Below, piece by piece: positions 46,858 through 56,847 of a stretch of DNA of 64,000 nucleotides (positions are counted from its first letter, which is position 1; each line of letters opens with the position of its first letter). This stretch comes from Nitrospirota bacterium. Its GTDB lineage: Bacteria > Nitrospirota > UBA9217. The stretch lies in the NCBI GenBank assembly GCA_963790205.1, contig CAWBNQ010000003.1:608785-672784 (forward strand). The letters run 5' to 3'. Below the pieces are notes generated by a model that worked only from the letters and a program-made list of their open reading frames with translations, did no database searches and had not been told where the DNA came from. Made by a program: the position numbers and the translations under genes.

Positions 46858-48582
46858 TTAATAGCTTTTGTACCTGTTCGTGATCGGGAACCTTCTATCT
46901 TTCCCCAGTCCCCTTGGCGTGATCTTGACCCCGGGAGGGGCCTGGCGGCGTTTGTACTCGCTGGAATCCACGAGCCGGATCACGCGCTCCACGGTCTTCC
47001 GGTCGAAGCCCATCCTGATCATCTCGTCGAATTCCCTGTCGTCCTCGACATAGGCCTTGAGGATCGGGTCGAGCACCTCGTACTCGGGCAGGGAATCGCT
47101 GTCCTTCTGGTTCGGACGGAGCTCCGCGGTCGGCGCCTTCACGAGGACGCGTTTCGGAATGACGGTCCTGCCCGCAAGGCGGTTGACGCACCTGCAGATG
47201 TCATAGACCAGGGTCTTGGGAACGTCCTTGATCACGGCAAAGCCCCCGGCCATGTCGCCGTAGAGCGTGGCATAGCCCGTGGACATCTCGCTCTTGTTGC
47301 CGGTGGTGAGCACGAGCCAGCCGAACTTGTTCGAGAGCGCCATGAGAATATTGCCCCTGATCCGCGCCTGCAGGTTCTCTTCGGTCACGTCCTGCTTCGT
47401 GTGCGAAAATATGCCGCGCAGGGTGTTGAGAAAGGCATTGAAGGGCTGGTGGATGGGGATGCTGAACATCTTAATGCCGAGAGTCCGCGCGAGCTCGGTC
47501 GCGTCCTCGCAGCTTTCGTCGGAGCTGAACTCCGACGGCATGAACACGCCGTGGACGTTTTCCCTGCCGATGGCCGCCACGGCGACGGCGGCAACGAGGG
47601 ACGAGTCGATCCCGCCCGAAAGGCCGATGACCACGGACCTGAACCCGGTCTTTTTCATGTAATCCCGCGTCCCGAGGACGAGCGCGCGGTATACTTCTTC
47701 GCACAGCCTGTAGGGCCGCGCGATGCGTGCGGGAGGCAGCGGTTTTTTCCTCGCACCCGGCTTGTCCGAAATGACGACGGAATCGATCGTATCCCGGTGT
47801 TCGTCGAGGATCAGCTCTGACGTCGTGTCCGCGCCGCGGCGGGGCGGGCCGGGAAGTTTTATGTCGTAGGAGATAAGCTCTTCCTCGAACTGCTTTCCGG
47901 CCGCGAGCAGATTCCCCTTCGGGTCCAGGATCATGCTGTGGCCGTCGAAGACCAGCTCGTCCTGCCCGCCGACGGTGTTCGTGTACACGATGAAGACGTT
48001 GTTCTCTTTCGCGCGGAGGGCGAGCATCCGCCGGCGTTCTTTGCCTTTCCCCTTATGATAGGGCGAGGCGTTCACGGCTATGATGATCTCGGCGCCTGCC
48101 AGGGCCTGGGTACGGGCGGGACCGTCGGCGTACCAGATGTCCTCGCAAATGTTGACGCCGATATTCACGCCCTTGACCGTGATGACGGGGAAGCGCTTCC
48201 CCGGCTTGAAGTAGCGGTATTCATCGAACACGCCGTAGTTCGGGAGCAGCATCTTGTGATAGACATGGACGAGCTTGCCGTTGCTCATGATCGCCGCGGC
48301 GTCATAGATGTGGTCGTTCGAGTCCACGTATCCGACGATCGCCGTGATGCCGCGCGTCGCTCTCGTGATCTCCCTGAGCGTGCGCAGGTTGTCCTTCACG
48401 AATTGCGGCTTGAGAATGAGGTCTTCGGGCGGATAGCCGGTGACGGCGAGCTCGGTGAAGGCGACGATATCGGCGCCCTGCTTCTTCGCGCGATCGATAT
48501 ACTCGATGATCTTGTCCCGGTTGCCCTTGAGGTCGCCCACAGTGGGGTTTATCTGGGCCATGGCGATGCGGAGTGTTCTCAT
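46858..48582 (-). CDS. nadE: Glutamine-dependent NAD+ synthetase (nitrilase-like domain plus PP-loop domain).
   Basis: 574 aa. N-terminal CN-hydrolase (MAQINPTVGDL ... E ... K ... C) and C-terminal SGGIDSS PP-loop. Confidence 0.9.
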   Translation of the reverse strand: MRTLRIAMAQINPTVGDLKGNRDKIIEYIDRAKKQGADIVAFTELAVTGYPPEDLILKPQFVKDNLRTLREITRATRGITAIVGYVDSNDHIYDAAAIMSNGKLVHVYHKMLLPNYGVFDEYRYFKPGKRFPVITVKGVNIGVNICEDIWYADGPARTQALAGAEIIIAVNASPYHKGKGKERRRMLALRAKENNVFIVYTNTVGGQDELVFDGHSMILDPKGNLLAAGKQFEEELISYDIKLPGPPRRGADTTSELILDEHRDTIDSVVISDKPGARKKPLPPARIARPYRLCEEVYRALVLGTRDYMKKTGFRSVVIGLSGGIDSSLVAAVAVAAIGRENVHGVFMPSEFSSDESCEDATELARTLGIKMFSIPIHQPFNAFLNTLRGIFSHTKQDVTEENLQARIRGNILMALSNKFGWLVLTTGNKSEMSTGYATLYGDMAGGFAVIKDVPKTLVYDICRCVNRLAGRTVIPKRVLVKAPTAELRPNQKDSDSLPEYEVLDPILKAYVEDDREFDEMIRMGFDRKTVERVIRLVDSSEYKRRQAPPGVKITPRGLGKDRRFPITNRYKSY

Positions 48583-48628
48583 AAGGTTCTCACTAAGATA
48601 ATTATAAAATCAACAAATGCTGGAAGCA

Positions 48629-49115
48629 GGTTTCTCGCAAAGCTCGCAAAGGGCGCAAAGGGAGGCATAAGTCCAAGTTAAAATCAAAGGCCATTCGCGA
48701 TACGGGTAATGCCATCCTTCATCAGTTCGACATTGAAATTGACAAGCAAACCCAGCTTCTTTTTAGAGAGCTTCAGGTAAGTCAATAATTGCTTCTTGTG
48801 AACCGGAATGACGTTTTCGATAGATTTTAATTCTATAATAACTTTGTCATCTACCATAACATCAGCTCTGGATCCGATGTCCATCGTGATTTCATCATAC
48901 ACAACAGGGACGTCTACCTGGTTGGTAGCCTTGATGCCAAGTTTTTTAAGCTCATAAACGAGTGCAGCTTCATAAACAGACTCCAAAAGGCCAGGGCCGA
49001 GGGTCCTGTGAATTTTCACACACAGGTCAACAACAATTTTGGCTATTTCGTTTTCCGACAATACTATCGCTCCTCAGCCTTCCTTTGCGTCCTTAGCGAG
49101 CTTTGCGAGAAAAAT
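48629..49115. repeat. Inverted-repeat element copy 2, carrying a GxxExxY gene.
   Basis: The same 21-bp terminal inverted repeats as copy 1, at 48629-48665 and 49082-49115. Confidence 0.7.
48684..49061 (-). CDS. GxxExxY-family protein.
   Basis: 125 aa: LGPGLLESVYEAAL ... the family motif. This family is classically encoded in 23S rRNA intervening sequences. Confidence 0.75.
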   Translation of the reverse strand: MSENEIAKIVVDLCVKIHRTLGPGLLESVYEAALVYELKKLGIKATNQVDVPVVYDEITMDIGSRADVMVDDKVIIELKSIENVIPVHKKQLLTYLKLSKKKLGLLVNFNVELMKDGITRIANGL

Positions 49116-50270
49116 GACTCTTCGCTTCTTCTATCACGTCCTTGAGCGGCACCTGTTTCTCCTCCGCGAGCCGTCTACAATCCTCATACTCCGGCGTGGC
49201 TGTCAGCACTTCCTCTCCACGCCTGCTTATCTTTACCCGGATCTTACCATATGTTGTATCGACTTCCTCGATCTCACGCGTCAGTTTCTTTCTGTCCACT
49301 TCCCGGATACGGACGCCGATGCTCGTGGTCTCTCGGAAGATGGTGTCGAGCATCGCTTCGGTTTTGGTCTTATCCGTGAGCACCGAGAGCAGGATTGCGG
49401 GCCTTCCTTTTTTCATGATGATCGGCGTAAGATACGCGTCCTGCGCCCCCTGCTTCATGAAGTTTCTCGATGAGGTAATCATAGACCTGCGGGTTCATAT
49501 CGTCAATGTTTGTTTCGATGACGATCGAGGTGTCCTCTTCATAGGCGGCGGCCGGTTCTCCGATCATGAGCCTCAGGACGTTCGGCTGGTCCGGAATTTC
49601 CCTGCCTCCCGCCCCATGCGCTATGCGGCTTAACCTCATGTGGGGCAGGGGGCCGAACGATGAAGCCAGTGTGCTCAGGAGAACGGCCCCGGTCGGCGTG
49701 GTGAGTTCGAAGGGGATCGAAGAGCCGTACGAGGGAATACCCTTGAGCAGCTCGGCCGTGGCAGGGGCGGGGACGGGCAGGGTCCCGTGGGCGGTCTTGA
49801 TCGTACCCGACCCCACGTTCACCGGCGAGCCGACAATGGCTGTGACATCGAGCAGCTCAAGGCCGATGACTGACCCGACGATATCCACGATCGCATCCAC
49901 AGCGCCTACCTCGTGAAAGTGGACCTTGTCAGGCGTTGTGCCATGGACCCTGGCCTCCGCTTCTGCCAGCCGATCGAAAATAGTGATGCTTTTCTGCTTG
50001 AACGGACGAAGAGAGGGTAGATGCTTCGATCAACTTTTTTATATCCGCAAGATGGCGGGCAGGCTGCTCCTTCTCATCGAGGCAGACATGCACCTTGGTT
50101 GCCGGGATGCCGGAACGCATCACCTTCAAGGCCGTGATCTCATATCCCGGCAAATTCAGCTTCTCCAGCTCCGCACGCAGGATTTCGATGGCCACACCCG
50201 CGTCCACGAGCGCACCCAGGGTCATGTCGCCGGATATGCCGGAAAAACAGTCGAAGTAAGCAAGGGTCAT
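49093..50270 (-). CDS. larC: Nickel-pincer cofactor biosynthesis protein LarC (DUF111), split into three ORFs by two frameshifts.
   Basis: N-terminal MTLAYFDCFSGISGDMTLGAL. ORFs 49929..50270, 49370..49900 and 49093..49482 are co-linear LarC pieces in different frames. Confidence 0.7.
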
Positions 50271-50290
50271 AGTTTAAACCAAAATCGAAG

Positions 50291-50458
50291 GCTTGTCTCT
50301 CGCAAAGCTCGCAAAGAGAGGCATTTAAACAAGTAAAGCAAATTTAAGTTTTGTCTTAAAACCAAGAAAAACTAAGACTACTGCTTGCTTTTGGTTTTAA
50401 ACGAAAAAAGATTCTGACTCAAGATCCCCTTTGCGACCTTTGCGCCTTTGCGAGAAAA
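50291..50458. repeat. Inverted-repeat element copy 3.
   Basis: TCTCTCGCAAAGCTCGCAAAGAGAGG ... CCTTTGCGCCTTTGCGAGAAAA termini around an AT-rich core. Intergenic between larC and larB. Confidence 0.65.
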
Positions 50459-50470
50459 AAGGTCTTAGGC

Positions 50471-51223
50471 TTATTCTCCAAGAATATTTATCCTGTGCGC
50501 CAGCACTCCGGCCCCGAAGCCGTTGTCGATGTTCATCACGGCAATGCCCGCGGCGCAGGAGTTGAGCATGGTGAGCAGCGGGGCCAGCCCCTGGAACCCC
50601 GCGCCGTAACCCACGCTGGTTGGCACGGCGATCACGGGCTTGTCCACGAGTCCGCCCACGACCGAGGGGAGCGCGCCGTCCATGCCCGCGACAACGACGA
50701 TCACCCGCGCCGCGTCGAGGACCTCCCGCTTGCTCAAGACGCGGTGGATGCCGGCCACGCCCACGTCGTACACGGTCTGCACCGTGCTGCCGAGCATATC
50801 CGCCGTGACCGCAGCCTCCTCGGCAACGGGAATGTCCGATGTGCCCGCGGTCAGGACAAGGACCATGCCATTGGTGAGAGTTTTTCTTTTATTCTGAATC
50901 ACGATGGAGCGGGAGGCCTTGTGGTAGAGGGCGCGGCGGTCGAGCTTTTTGACCGCCTTATAAACCTGCTCGTCCGCCCGGGTAGCGAGGACATCGCTCT
51001 TATTGGCCAGCATGCGCTGCGCGATGCCGACGACCTGATCGATTGTCTTTCCCTCGCAGTAAATGACCTCGGGCATCCCGTGGCGCAGATGACGATGGTG
51101 GTCGATGTGCGCATAAACGATGTCTTCGAAGGGCAGGTGCTTGAGCCGGTTGAGCGCGGCCTCGACATCGGTCTTGCCGTCGCGGACGCTTTGAAGAAGT
51201 TTGGTGAGGTCTGATTTATTCAT
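50471..51223 (-). CDS. larB: Nickel-pincer cofactor biosynthesis protein LarB (PurE-like carboxylase/hydrolase).
   Basis: PurE-like fold (TAGTSDIPVAEEA ... VAGMDGALPSVVGGL) with a LarB-specific N-terminal domain. Confidence 0.7.
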   Translation of the reverse strand: MNKSDLTKLLQSVRDGKTDVEAALNRLKHLPFEDIVYAHIDHHRHLRHGMPEVIYCEGKTIDQVVGIAQRMLANKSDVLATRADEQVYKAVKKLDRRALYHKASRSIVIQNKRKTLTNGMVLVLTAGTSDIPVAEEAAVTADMLGSTVQTVYDVGVAGIHRVLSKREVLDAARVIVVVAGMDGALPSVVGGLVDKPVIAVPTSVGYGAGFQGLAPLLTMLNSCAAGIAVMNIDNGFGAGVLAHRINILGE

Positions 51224-51246
51224 AGGGGCTATTTATCCACGGATTA

Positions 51247-51318
51247 CGCAGATTTCACAGATTAAATCAAGGCCGGAATTCGTTGTCTTAAAATCTGTGG
51301 CCATCTGCGAAATCTGCG
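51247..51318. other. Long imperfect hairpin (CGCAGATTTCACAGATT ... AATCTGTGGCCATCTGCGAAATCTGCG) between the gpsA stop and the larB start.
   Basis: Read directly. Followed by CATTCSG heptad tandem repeats at 51345-51375. Confidence 0.5.
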
Positions 51319-51373
51319 GATAGATCGGTTTAATGTCTTTTCTGAATGTCGCATTCGGCATTCCGCATTCGAA

Positions 51374-52379
51374 TCATTCTTCTTTCAACTCTCTGGACAT
51401 AAGGTCTCTTACCGCCCGTTTCGGGTCCTTGCCCTCGTACAGGATCAGATAGACCTCATCCACGACCGGCATGTCGACGTTGAACTTTCTGGCCAGGTCC
51501 CGGGCCGCCCGGGCCGTCTTCACGCCTTCGGCCACGGTCTTGACGCCCTTCATGATATCGTCCAGCTTTTCACCCTTGCCGAGCCGCACGCCGAGCGTCC
51601 GGTTGCGCGACAAACCTCCCGTGCACGTGAGCACCAGATCGCCCATGCCGGCGAGACCGGAAAAGGTCTCGAGGTTGCCGCCCATGGCGACGCCGAGGCG
51701 GGCCATTTCTGCTAAGCCCCGCGTGAGCAGGGCCGCGGCGGTGTTGTAGCCGTAGCCCATGCCTTCGAGCACGCCGGCCGCGATGGCGACGACGTTCTTG
51801 AGCGAGCCGGCAAGCTCCACGCCGATGACATCGGGATTGGTATAAATGCGGAAATAGGCGTTGCTGAAGATTTCCTGCGCTTTCCTGCCGAGAGCGGGGT
51901 CGTACGAAGCGAGAGAGACCGCGGTGGGCATCTTTTGCGCCACTTCTTTGGCGAAGCTCGGGCCGGAGAGGAAGCAGAGCCGGTTATGATACTCGTTTCG
52001 GCAGGATGTCCCTGAACACTTCCGAGAGCGGCATAAGCGTGTCGATCTCGATTCCTTTCGAGGCGCTCACGAGGACCGTATCGTCCGACAGAAACGGCGC
52101 GAATTGTCCGGACACGGCGCGCACGGTGTGGGAGGGGACAACGGAAAGGATCACAGCCCTGCCCGCGACGGCCGCTTCCATCGAAGCGGTCACCTTGATC
52201 GAGGCGGGCAGGGTGAACCCGGGCAAATAGACCCGGTTCTCCCGGGTGCGCGACGTCTCCTCGGCCAGGTCCTTCTCGTACATCCAGAGGGTGACGTCGT
52301 GCCCCTTGTCCGCGAGCAGCATGGAAAGGGCCGTGCCCCATGCGCCTGCGCCGATTACCCCGATTCTCTCAGTCATCAT
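51374..52379 (-). CDS. gpsA: Glycerol-3-phosphate dehydrogenase [NAD(P)+], split by a frameshift near 51950-51985.
   Basis: N-terminal IGVIGAGAWGTALS Rossmann motif (ORF 51984..52379) and C-terminal GpsA domain (ORF 51374..51943) in different frames. Confidence 0.8.
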
Positions 52380-52496
52380 GGGCCATTATAAGGGTAATGA
52401 GATTGCCTGTCAAAAGGTTTATGGGGAAGGACAGGGAGAAGAACCTCCACTCTTCGGAAAAGGGGCAGTTTCAGGCTTTCGCCCGCGATCATTTGC

Positions 52497-52558
52497 AATG
52501 GGGCGGATGCGCGGATGAGCCGCGTGTTTTTCGCGGCGGTCTCGATCCGCTCGTTATG

Positions 52559-52559
<1 letters not shown>
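52497..52559 (-). other. attC site (terminal, next to gpsA).
   Basis: GCGGATGAGCCGCG ... CGGCGGTCTCGATCCGCTC-GTTATGC, ending at the stop of the RibD_C-like ORF. Confidence 0.5.
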
Positions 52560-53107
<548 letters not shown>

Positions 53108-53136
53108 TACGTAAGAGTACCTCTAATCATAGGTCA

Positions 53137-53195
53137 GCCTAACACGGTGTTGAGGGGCGGTGATTTTCCCGCCCCTCTCGGACACCAAGTTATAT
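53137..53195 (-). other. attC site.
   Basis: GCCTAAC-ACGGTGTTGAGGGGCGG ... CCGCCCCTCTCGGACACC-AA-GTTATAT. The TAA stop of the upstream ORF is embedded. Imperfect stem with extrahelical bases. Confidence 0.75.
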
Positions 53196-53768
53196 CACAC
53201 TCACGAGTAAACGTAATATCCAATAAAGTGTGAATGACGCACCAATGAAAATTAATGTCCAAATTAAAGCGATAAGCCATTTTGATAATTGTACCGTTGG
53301 AATGACGGTGATAATTTTAGCCAAACCATCATCAGACTTTGCATAAGCATTGATTTTATCCCAAGTTGTAGGAGGAAAATATAAATATGAAATGGTAATT
53401 TGTTCTTTCGGAACTAAAACAGGTATAAGTAATTCTCCAGAACCATCATCGTTACGCTCAACGGAATATTTGATCTTTGGGAAAACGGTGATATTAGGTG
53501 GTAAATAATTATGTCCAACTCTGACGTTGTGGGCTGATTTATTCCCGGCATTGCGAAGGATAATGCTATGAGTAAAGACGACGGTCTTTTGAGCATCTTG
53601 AAGAGTAAAAGAAGATATATGGCCTATATAGGAAACGAGTTTTGATCGTGTTTCTGTGTAGTATTTAATAATTGTTCCGAGGAGGAGCGTAATGATTGGA
53701 GAGAGTAATTTAAGAATTTGTTCGGTTGTCATAGAACCTCCCTTATCGTGTCCGCAATGTGGGTCCAT
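53190..53768 (-). CDS. Hypothetical membrane protein (cassette).
   Basis: N- and C-terminal TM helices. AT-rich. Confidence 0.35.
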   Translation of the reverse strand: MDPHCGHDKGGSMTTEQILKLLSPIITLLLGTIIKYYTETRSKLVSYIGHISSFTLQDAQKTVVFTHSIILRNAGNKSAHNVRVGHNYLPPNITVFPKIKYSVERNDDGSGELLIPVLVPKEQITISYLYFPPTTWDKINAYAKSDDGLAKIITVIPTVQLSKWLIALIWTLIFIGASFTLYWILRLLVSVI

Positions 53769-53860
53769 TGTTATGCAAAAAGAAGTAATTTCAAATGACC
53801 CTAATGTAAAAACAACAGATTGCGAATGCCAAAAATGCGGCTGGTCACAATATCACTCAC

Positions 53861-53913
53861 ATATAACGCGCCGGTCACGCGCCGCTTTTTAGCGCGTCGC
53901 TGTGGACCGGCAG
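53861..53913 (-). other. 5' portion of an attC site interrupted by the group II intron.
   Basis: ATATAAC-GCGCCGG ... GCGCGTCGCTGTGGACCGGCAGG matches the attC family consensus up to the core. The intron sequence begins in place of the TT(RRRY) core. Confidence 0.6.
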
Positions 53914-55866
53914 GTGTACGCTCGGCACGGGCGTGAGCTAATGGGGTGCAAGTCCTCTGTACGAGAACCAGAGTAGCACAAGTACCAGCCCAAGGCAAGG
54001 GCGGAAGGGCGACCGACCGTCTGAAGGAAGCCTAACGGCAAACGTGCGAGCCGACGGACAGAAACCGCATACAAGGCTTAGCCCTCGGGTGAGTCAGCAC
54101 CACATGACGAAGCCCACTGGTTCAGGGGATAGGGTAAATGCGGCGGTTGCGCACGGACAGTTCACGTTCTTATCCGGGGAGATCTGCGCGACATGCGATA
54201 GGATCGTCATGAGAGAATCCGGGACGGGTCAACCCGGCAAGCAAGGCCCCGGCGTATCAGCGGCTGTCGCCTGATACGAGTCCCGCTTTCGGGAGATACG
54301 AATCAGACAGCATCTCATGCCGAACCCCTGTAGCGCCTTCTTTGGAAACAGAGACGGTGAGCGCGCAGAAGTCAGCAGACGGCATAGTAGTCCCGGACTA
54401 CTCGGGACGAAGGCCAGAACGCGGAAAGGAGGAAGGGCAATCCATAAGCTCTGGGACGGTGATGAGTCCGACACGGATGAGCCGATCCGGGCGCGTTATG
54501 GAGAGACAGCCCACTCGAATGACCACAGTGGAAGACGTTGTAGGCAGTGAGAACATGCAGCAGGCATGGCAGCGGGTCAAGGCGAACAAGGGAGCAGCCG
54601 GCATCGACGACATGTCGATTACGGACTATCCCGAATTCGCCAGGACCAACTGGCCAAGAATCAAAGCCTCCTTGCTGGACGGGACGTATGATCCCACTCC
54701 GGTCAAGAGGGTCGAGATTCCGAAGGACAACGGGGGTACGAGGCTTCTCGGCATCCCCACGGTCTCCGATCGCGTTATTCAGCAAGCGATCACCCAGGTG
54801 CTTGTCCCGATCTTCGATCCCCACTTCTCCGAATCGAGCTATGGGTACAGGCCGGGCCGCTCGGCGCATCAGGCTGTAAAGAAGGTGGTTGAGTTGATCA
54901 ACCAAGGATACCGCTACGCCGTTGACATCGATCTTGCGAAGTTCTTCGATAACGTCAATTGGGACGTGTTGATGAGCCGGGTCGGTAGACGCGTCACGGA
55001 CAAGGGCATCCTCAAACTGATCGGCAAATACCTTCGGGCCGGAGTCGTCGTAAACGGCAGGCTTACCCAGACCACCAAAGGAGTGCCGCAGGGCGGGCCG
55101 CTTTCGCCGTTCCTGTCGAACATTCTTCTGGATGATCTCGACAAAGAGTTGGAGAAACGGGGGCATCAGTTCTGCCGGTACGCCGACGACCTTATCATTC
55201 TGGTAAAGTCAAAGCGTGCCGGAGAGCGGGTGATGAAGAGCGTCACCACCTTCCTTGAAAAGAACCTCAAGGTGCAGGTGAACAGGGACAAGAGCAAGGT
55301 GGGAAGCGCGGAGTCCAGCATCTTCCTCAGCTTCACGTTCCATCTCAAGAGGCCCACTGTCTCCCGGAAGGCGTTCACGAACTTCAAGAATGAACTCAAG
55401 GACCTTACGGGCCGCAGCTGGGGTGTATCCATGAAGCACCGATACGATAAAATCCGGACCTACTTACAGGGCTGGATGAACTATTTCGGAATCGGTATGC
55501 GGTACAACGATGCGGTCGAACTGGATCAGCGGCTCCGAAGACGCATTCGGATGTGCTATTGGAAACAGTGGCGCACGACGAGAAAGCGCGTCGGGGAGCT
55601 GATGAAACGCGGGGTGAGTGAACATCGCGCAGTATCGGTCGGCATGAGCAGGAAGAGCTACTGGCATCTTGCTAAGAACGAAGCCATCAATGTCGGCCTG
55701 TCCAATGCCTATCTCAAGGAACAGGGGCTTACCTCGATCAGAACACTGTGGATCAAGATTCACCATCCGGCTACGGCCCGATAGTTTTCTGCGAATCGCC
55801 TAGTGCGGACCCGCATGCTAGGTGGTGTGGGGGCTGGGGGCTAAACACCCCCGGCTACCCGATTAA
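53914..55866 (+). mobile_element. Group II intron (attC-associated, class C-like), antisense to the cassette genes.
   Basis: A structured 5' region of about 430 nt with no ORF. The RT/maturase ORF lies in the domain IV position. DV/DVI-like hairpins at about 55805-55860, ending about 8 nt before the next cassette ORF stop. Confidence 0.7.
54342..55784 (+). CDS. Group II intron reverse transcriptase/maturase (RT domains 0-7 plus X; no En domain).
   Basis: The YADD motif (FCRYADDLIILV), RT blocks (PQGGPLSPFLSNILLDDLD) and a maturase/X region. The probable real start is an internal Met near 54500. Confidence 0.9.
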   Translation: METETVSAQKSADGIVVPDYSGRRPERGKEEGQSISSGTVMSPTRMSRSGRVMERQPTRMTTVEDVVGSENMQQAWQRVKANKGAAGIDDMSITDYPEFARTNWPRIKASLLDGTYDPTPVKRVEIPKDNGGTRLLGIPTVSDRVIQQAITQVLVPIFDPHFSESSYGYRPGRSAHQAVKKVVELINQGYRYAVDIDLAKFFDNVNWDVLMSRVGRRVTDKGILKLIGKYLRAGVVVNGRLTQTTKGVPQGGPLSPFLSNILLDDLDKELEKRGHQFCRYADDLIILVKSKRAGERVMKSVTTFLEKNLKVQVNRDKSKVGSAESSIFLSFTFHLKRPTVSRKAFTNFKNELKDLTGRSWGVSMKHRYDKIRTYLQGWMNYFGIGMRYNDAVELDQRLRRRIRMCYWKQWRTTRKRVGELMKRGVSEHRAVSVGMSRKSYWHLAKNEAINVGLSNAYLKEQGLTSIRTLWIKIHHPATAR

Positions 55867-55873
55867 AATATGC

Positions 55874-56767
55874 TCATTTAGATTTCCAACTTATGCGGCG
55901 CAATAGGACGCCATCGTCAAGAGCGATAAGGTGATAAATATCTCCCTCTGAATCCACTGCAAATCTTTCATCGAAATTGCCCCGATATCTAATTTGAATT
56001 GGCTTTTCAATTTTCTTGGATTGCACATCACCATTAATTTGGTATTGTATCTTTATGTTTTTGTCCTTATTTTCGATTTGTACAGTTGTCGTTATTGCAT
56101 AATTATTCTTTCGAGAGTTATTAGATTTGATGCGATAAAAAGTCCCTTCTTTGTCATACCAAGAGAAATGATCATGATTTGGATTCTTTACATATTTAAG
56201 GAAATTTCCATCAAAATCATAAACTGCTGACTTTCCCGATCCTCCAATAACACAAGTAACATGGCCCATCTGTTCATCGCTGCTTATCTCAGAAAAATAC
56301 TCTTCTGTCTTCGGGTTAAGCTGCTGAGCGCCAAATTTATTTAATATCTTGCCACCGGAGGATATTTTGTAAATATCGTCATTCAGCATATTATAATAAG
56401 GTGGCTTTGCTATGAGGGCGAAGAAGTTGTCATTCAAAATAGCGAATCGACCAGCAAGTCCTTGTTTGATCCAATCGAAACCGAGAGGGATCTTTCTAAT
56501 GAACTTACCGTTTAAGTCGAAGACTTGAATTCGGTTATTCATAGAATCGAAAATATAAATATGACTTTTGTAAAGTTGAAAGTCTAGCGAATAGCCCAGT
56601 TCCGTTTTGCCAAGAGTTTCTCTACCAAATTCGCCGTCTTTGTCGCCCCAATTACCAACGATTAATATGTTGTCACTGATATTAGGGCCGCAAAATGCGG
56701 GCGAGGTATATAAACTGCAAAAAAGAACGATGATCATGACGTATTTCAGAACTTTCATGAATACCAC
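55874..56767 (-). CDS. Secreted protein with NHL-repeat-like beta-propeller motifs (cassette).
   Basis: Signal peptide. IYIFDSMNNRIQVFDLNGKF-type repeats. Confidence 0.4.
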   Translation of the reverse strand: MVFMKVLKYVMIIVLFCSLYTSPAFCGPNISDNILIVGNWGDKDGEFGRETLGKTELGYSLDFQLYKSHIYIFDSMNNRIQVFDLNGKFIRKIPLGFDWIKQGLAGRFAILNDNFFALIAKPPYYNMLNDDIYKISSGGKILNKFGAQQLNPKTEEYFSEISSDEQMGHVTCVIGGSGKSAVYDFDGNFLKYVKNPNHDHFSWYDKEGTFYRIKSNNSRKNNYAITTTVQIENKDKNIKIQYQINGDVQSKKIEKPIQIRYRGNFDERFAVDSEGDIYHLIALDDGVLLRRISWKSK

Positions 56768-56787
56768 CTTTGATGAGCTTTTATTCG

Positions 56788-56847
56788 GATTAACGCGCGG
56801 GTGAGACGCGCGTATTTTGCGCGTCGTTCTCGACCCGCAGGTTGGGT
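56788..56847 (-). other. attC site.
   Basis: GATTAAC-GCGCGGG ... GACGCGCGT...GCGCGTCG ... CCCGCAG-GTTGGGT. It abuts the TGA stop of ORF 56847..57677. Confidence 0.75.

Noticed and set aside
53692-53892. 66-aa plus-strand ORF with CxxC...CxxC.
   Set aside because: It overlaps the 5' end of the minus-strand cassette ORF and runs into the attC site. It is on the opposite strand to every other cassette gene and is probably spurious.
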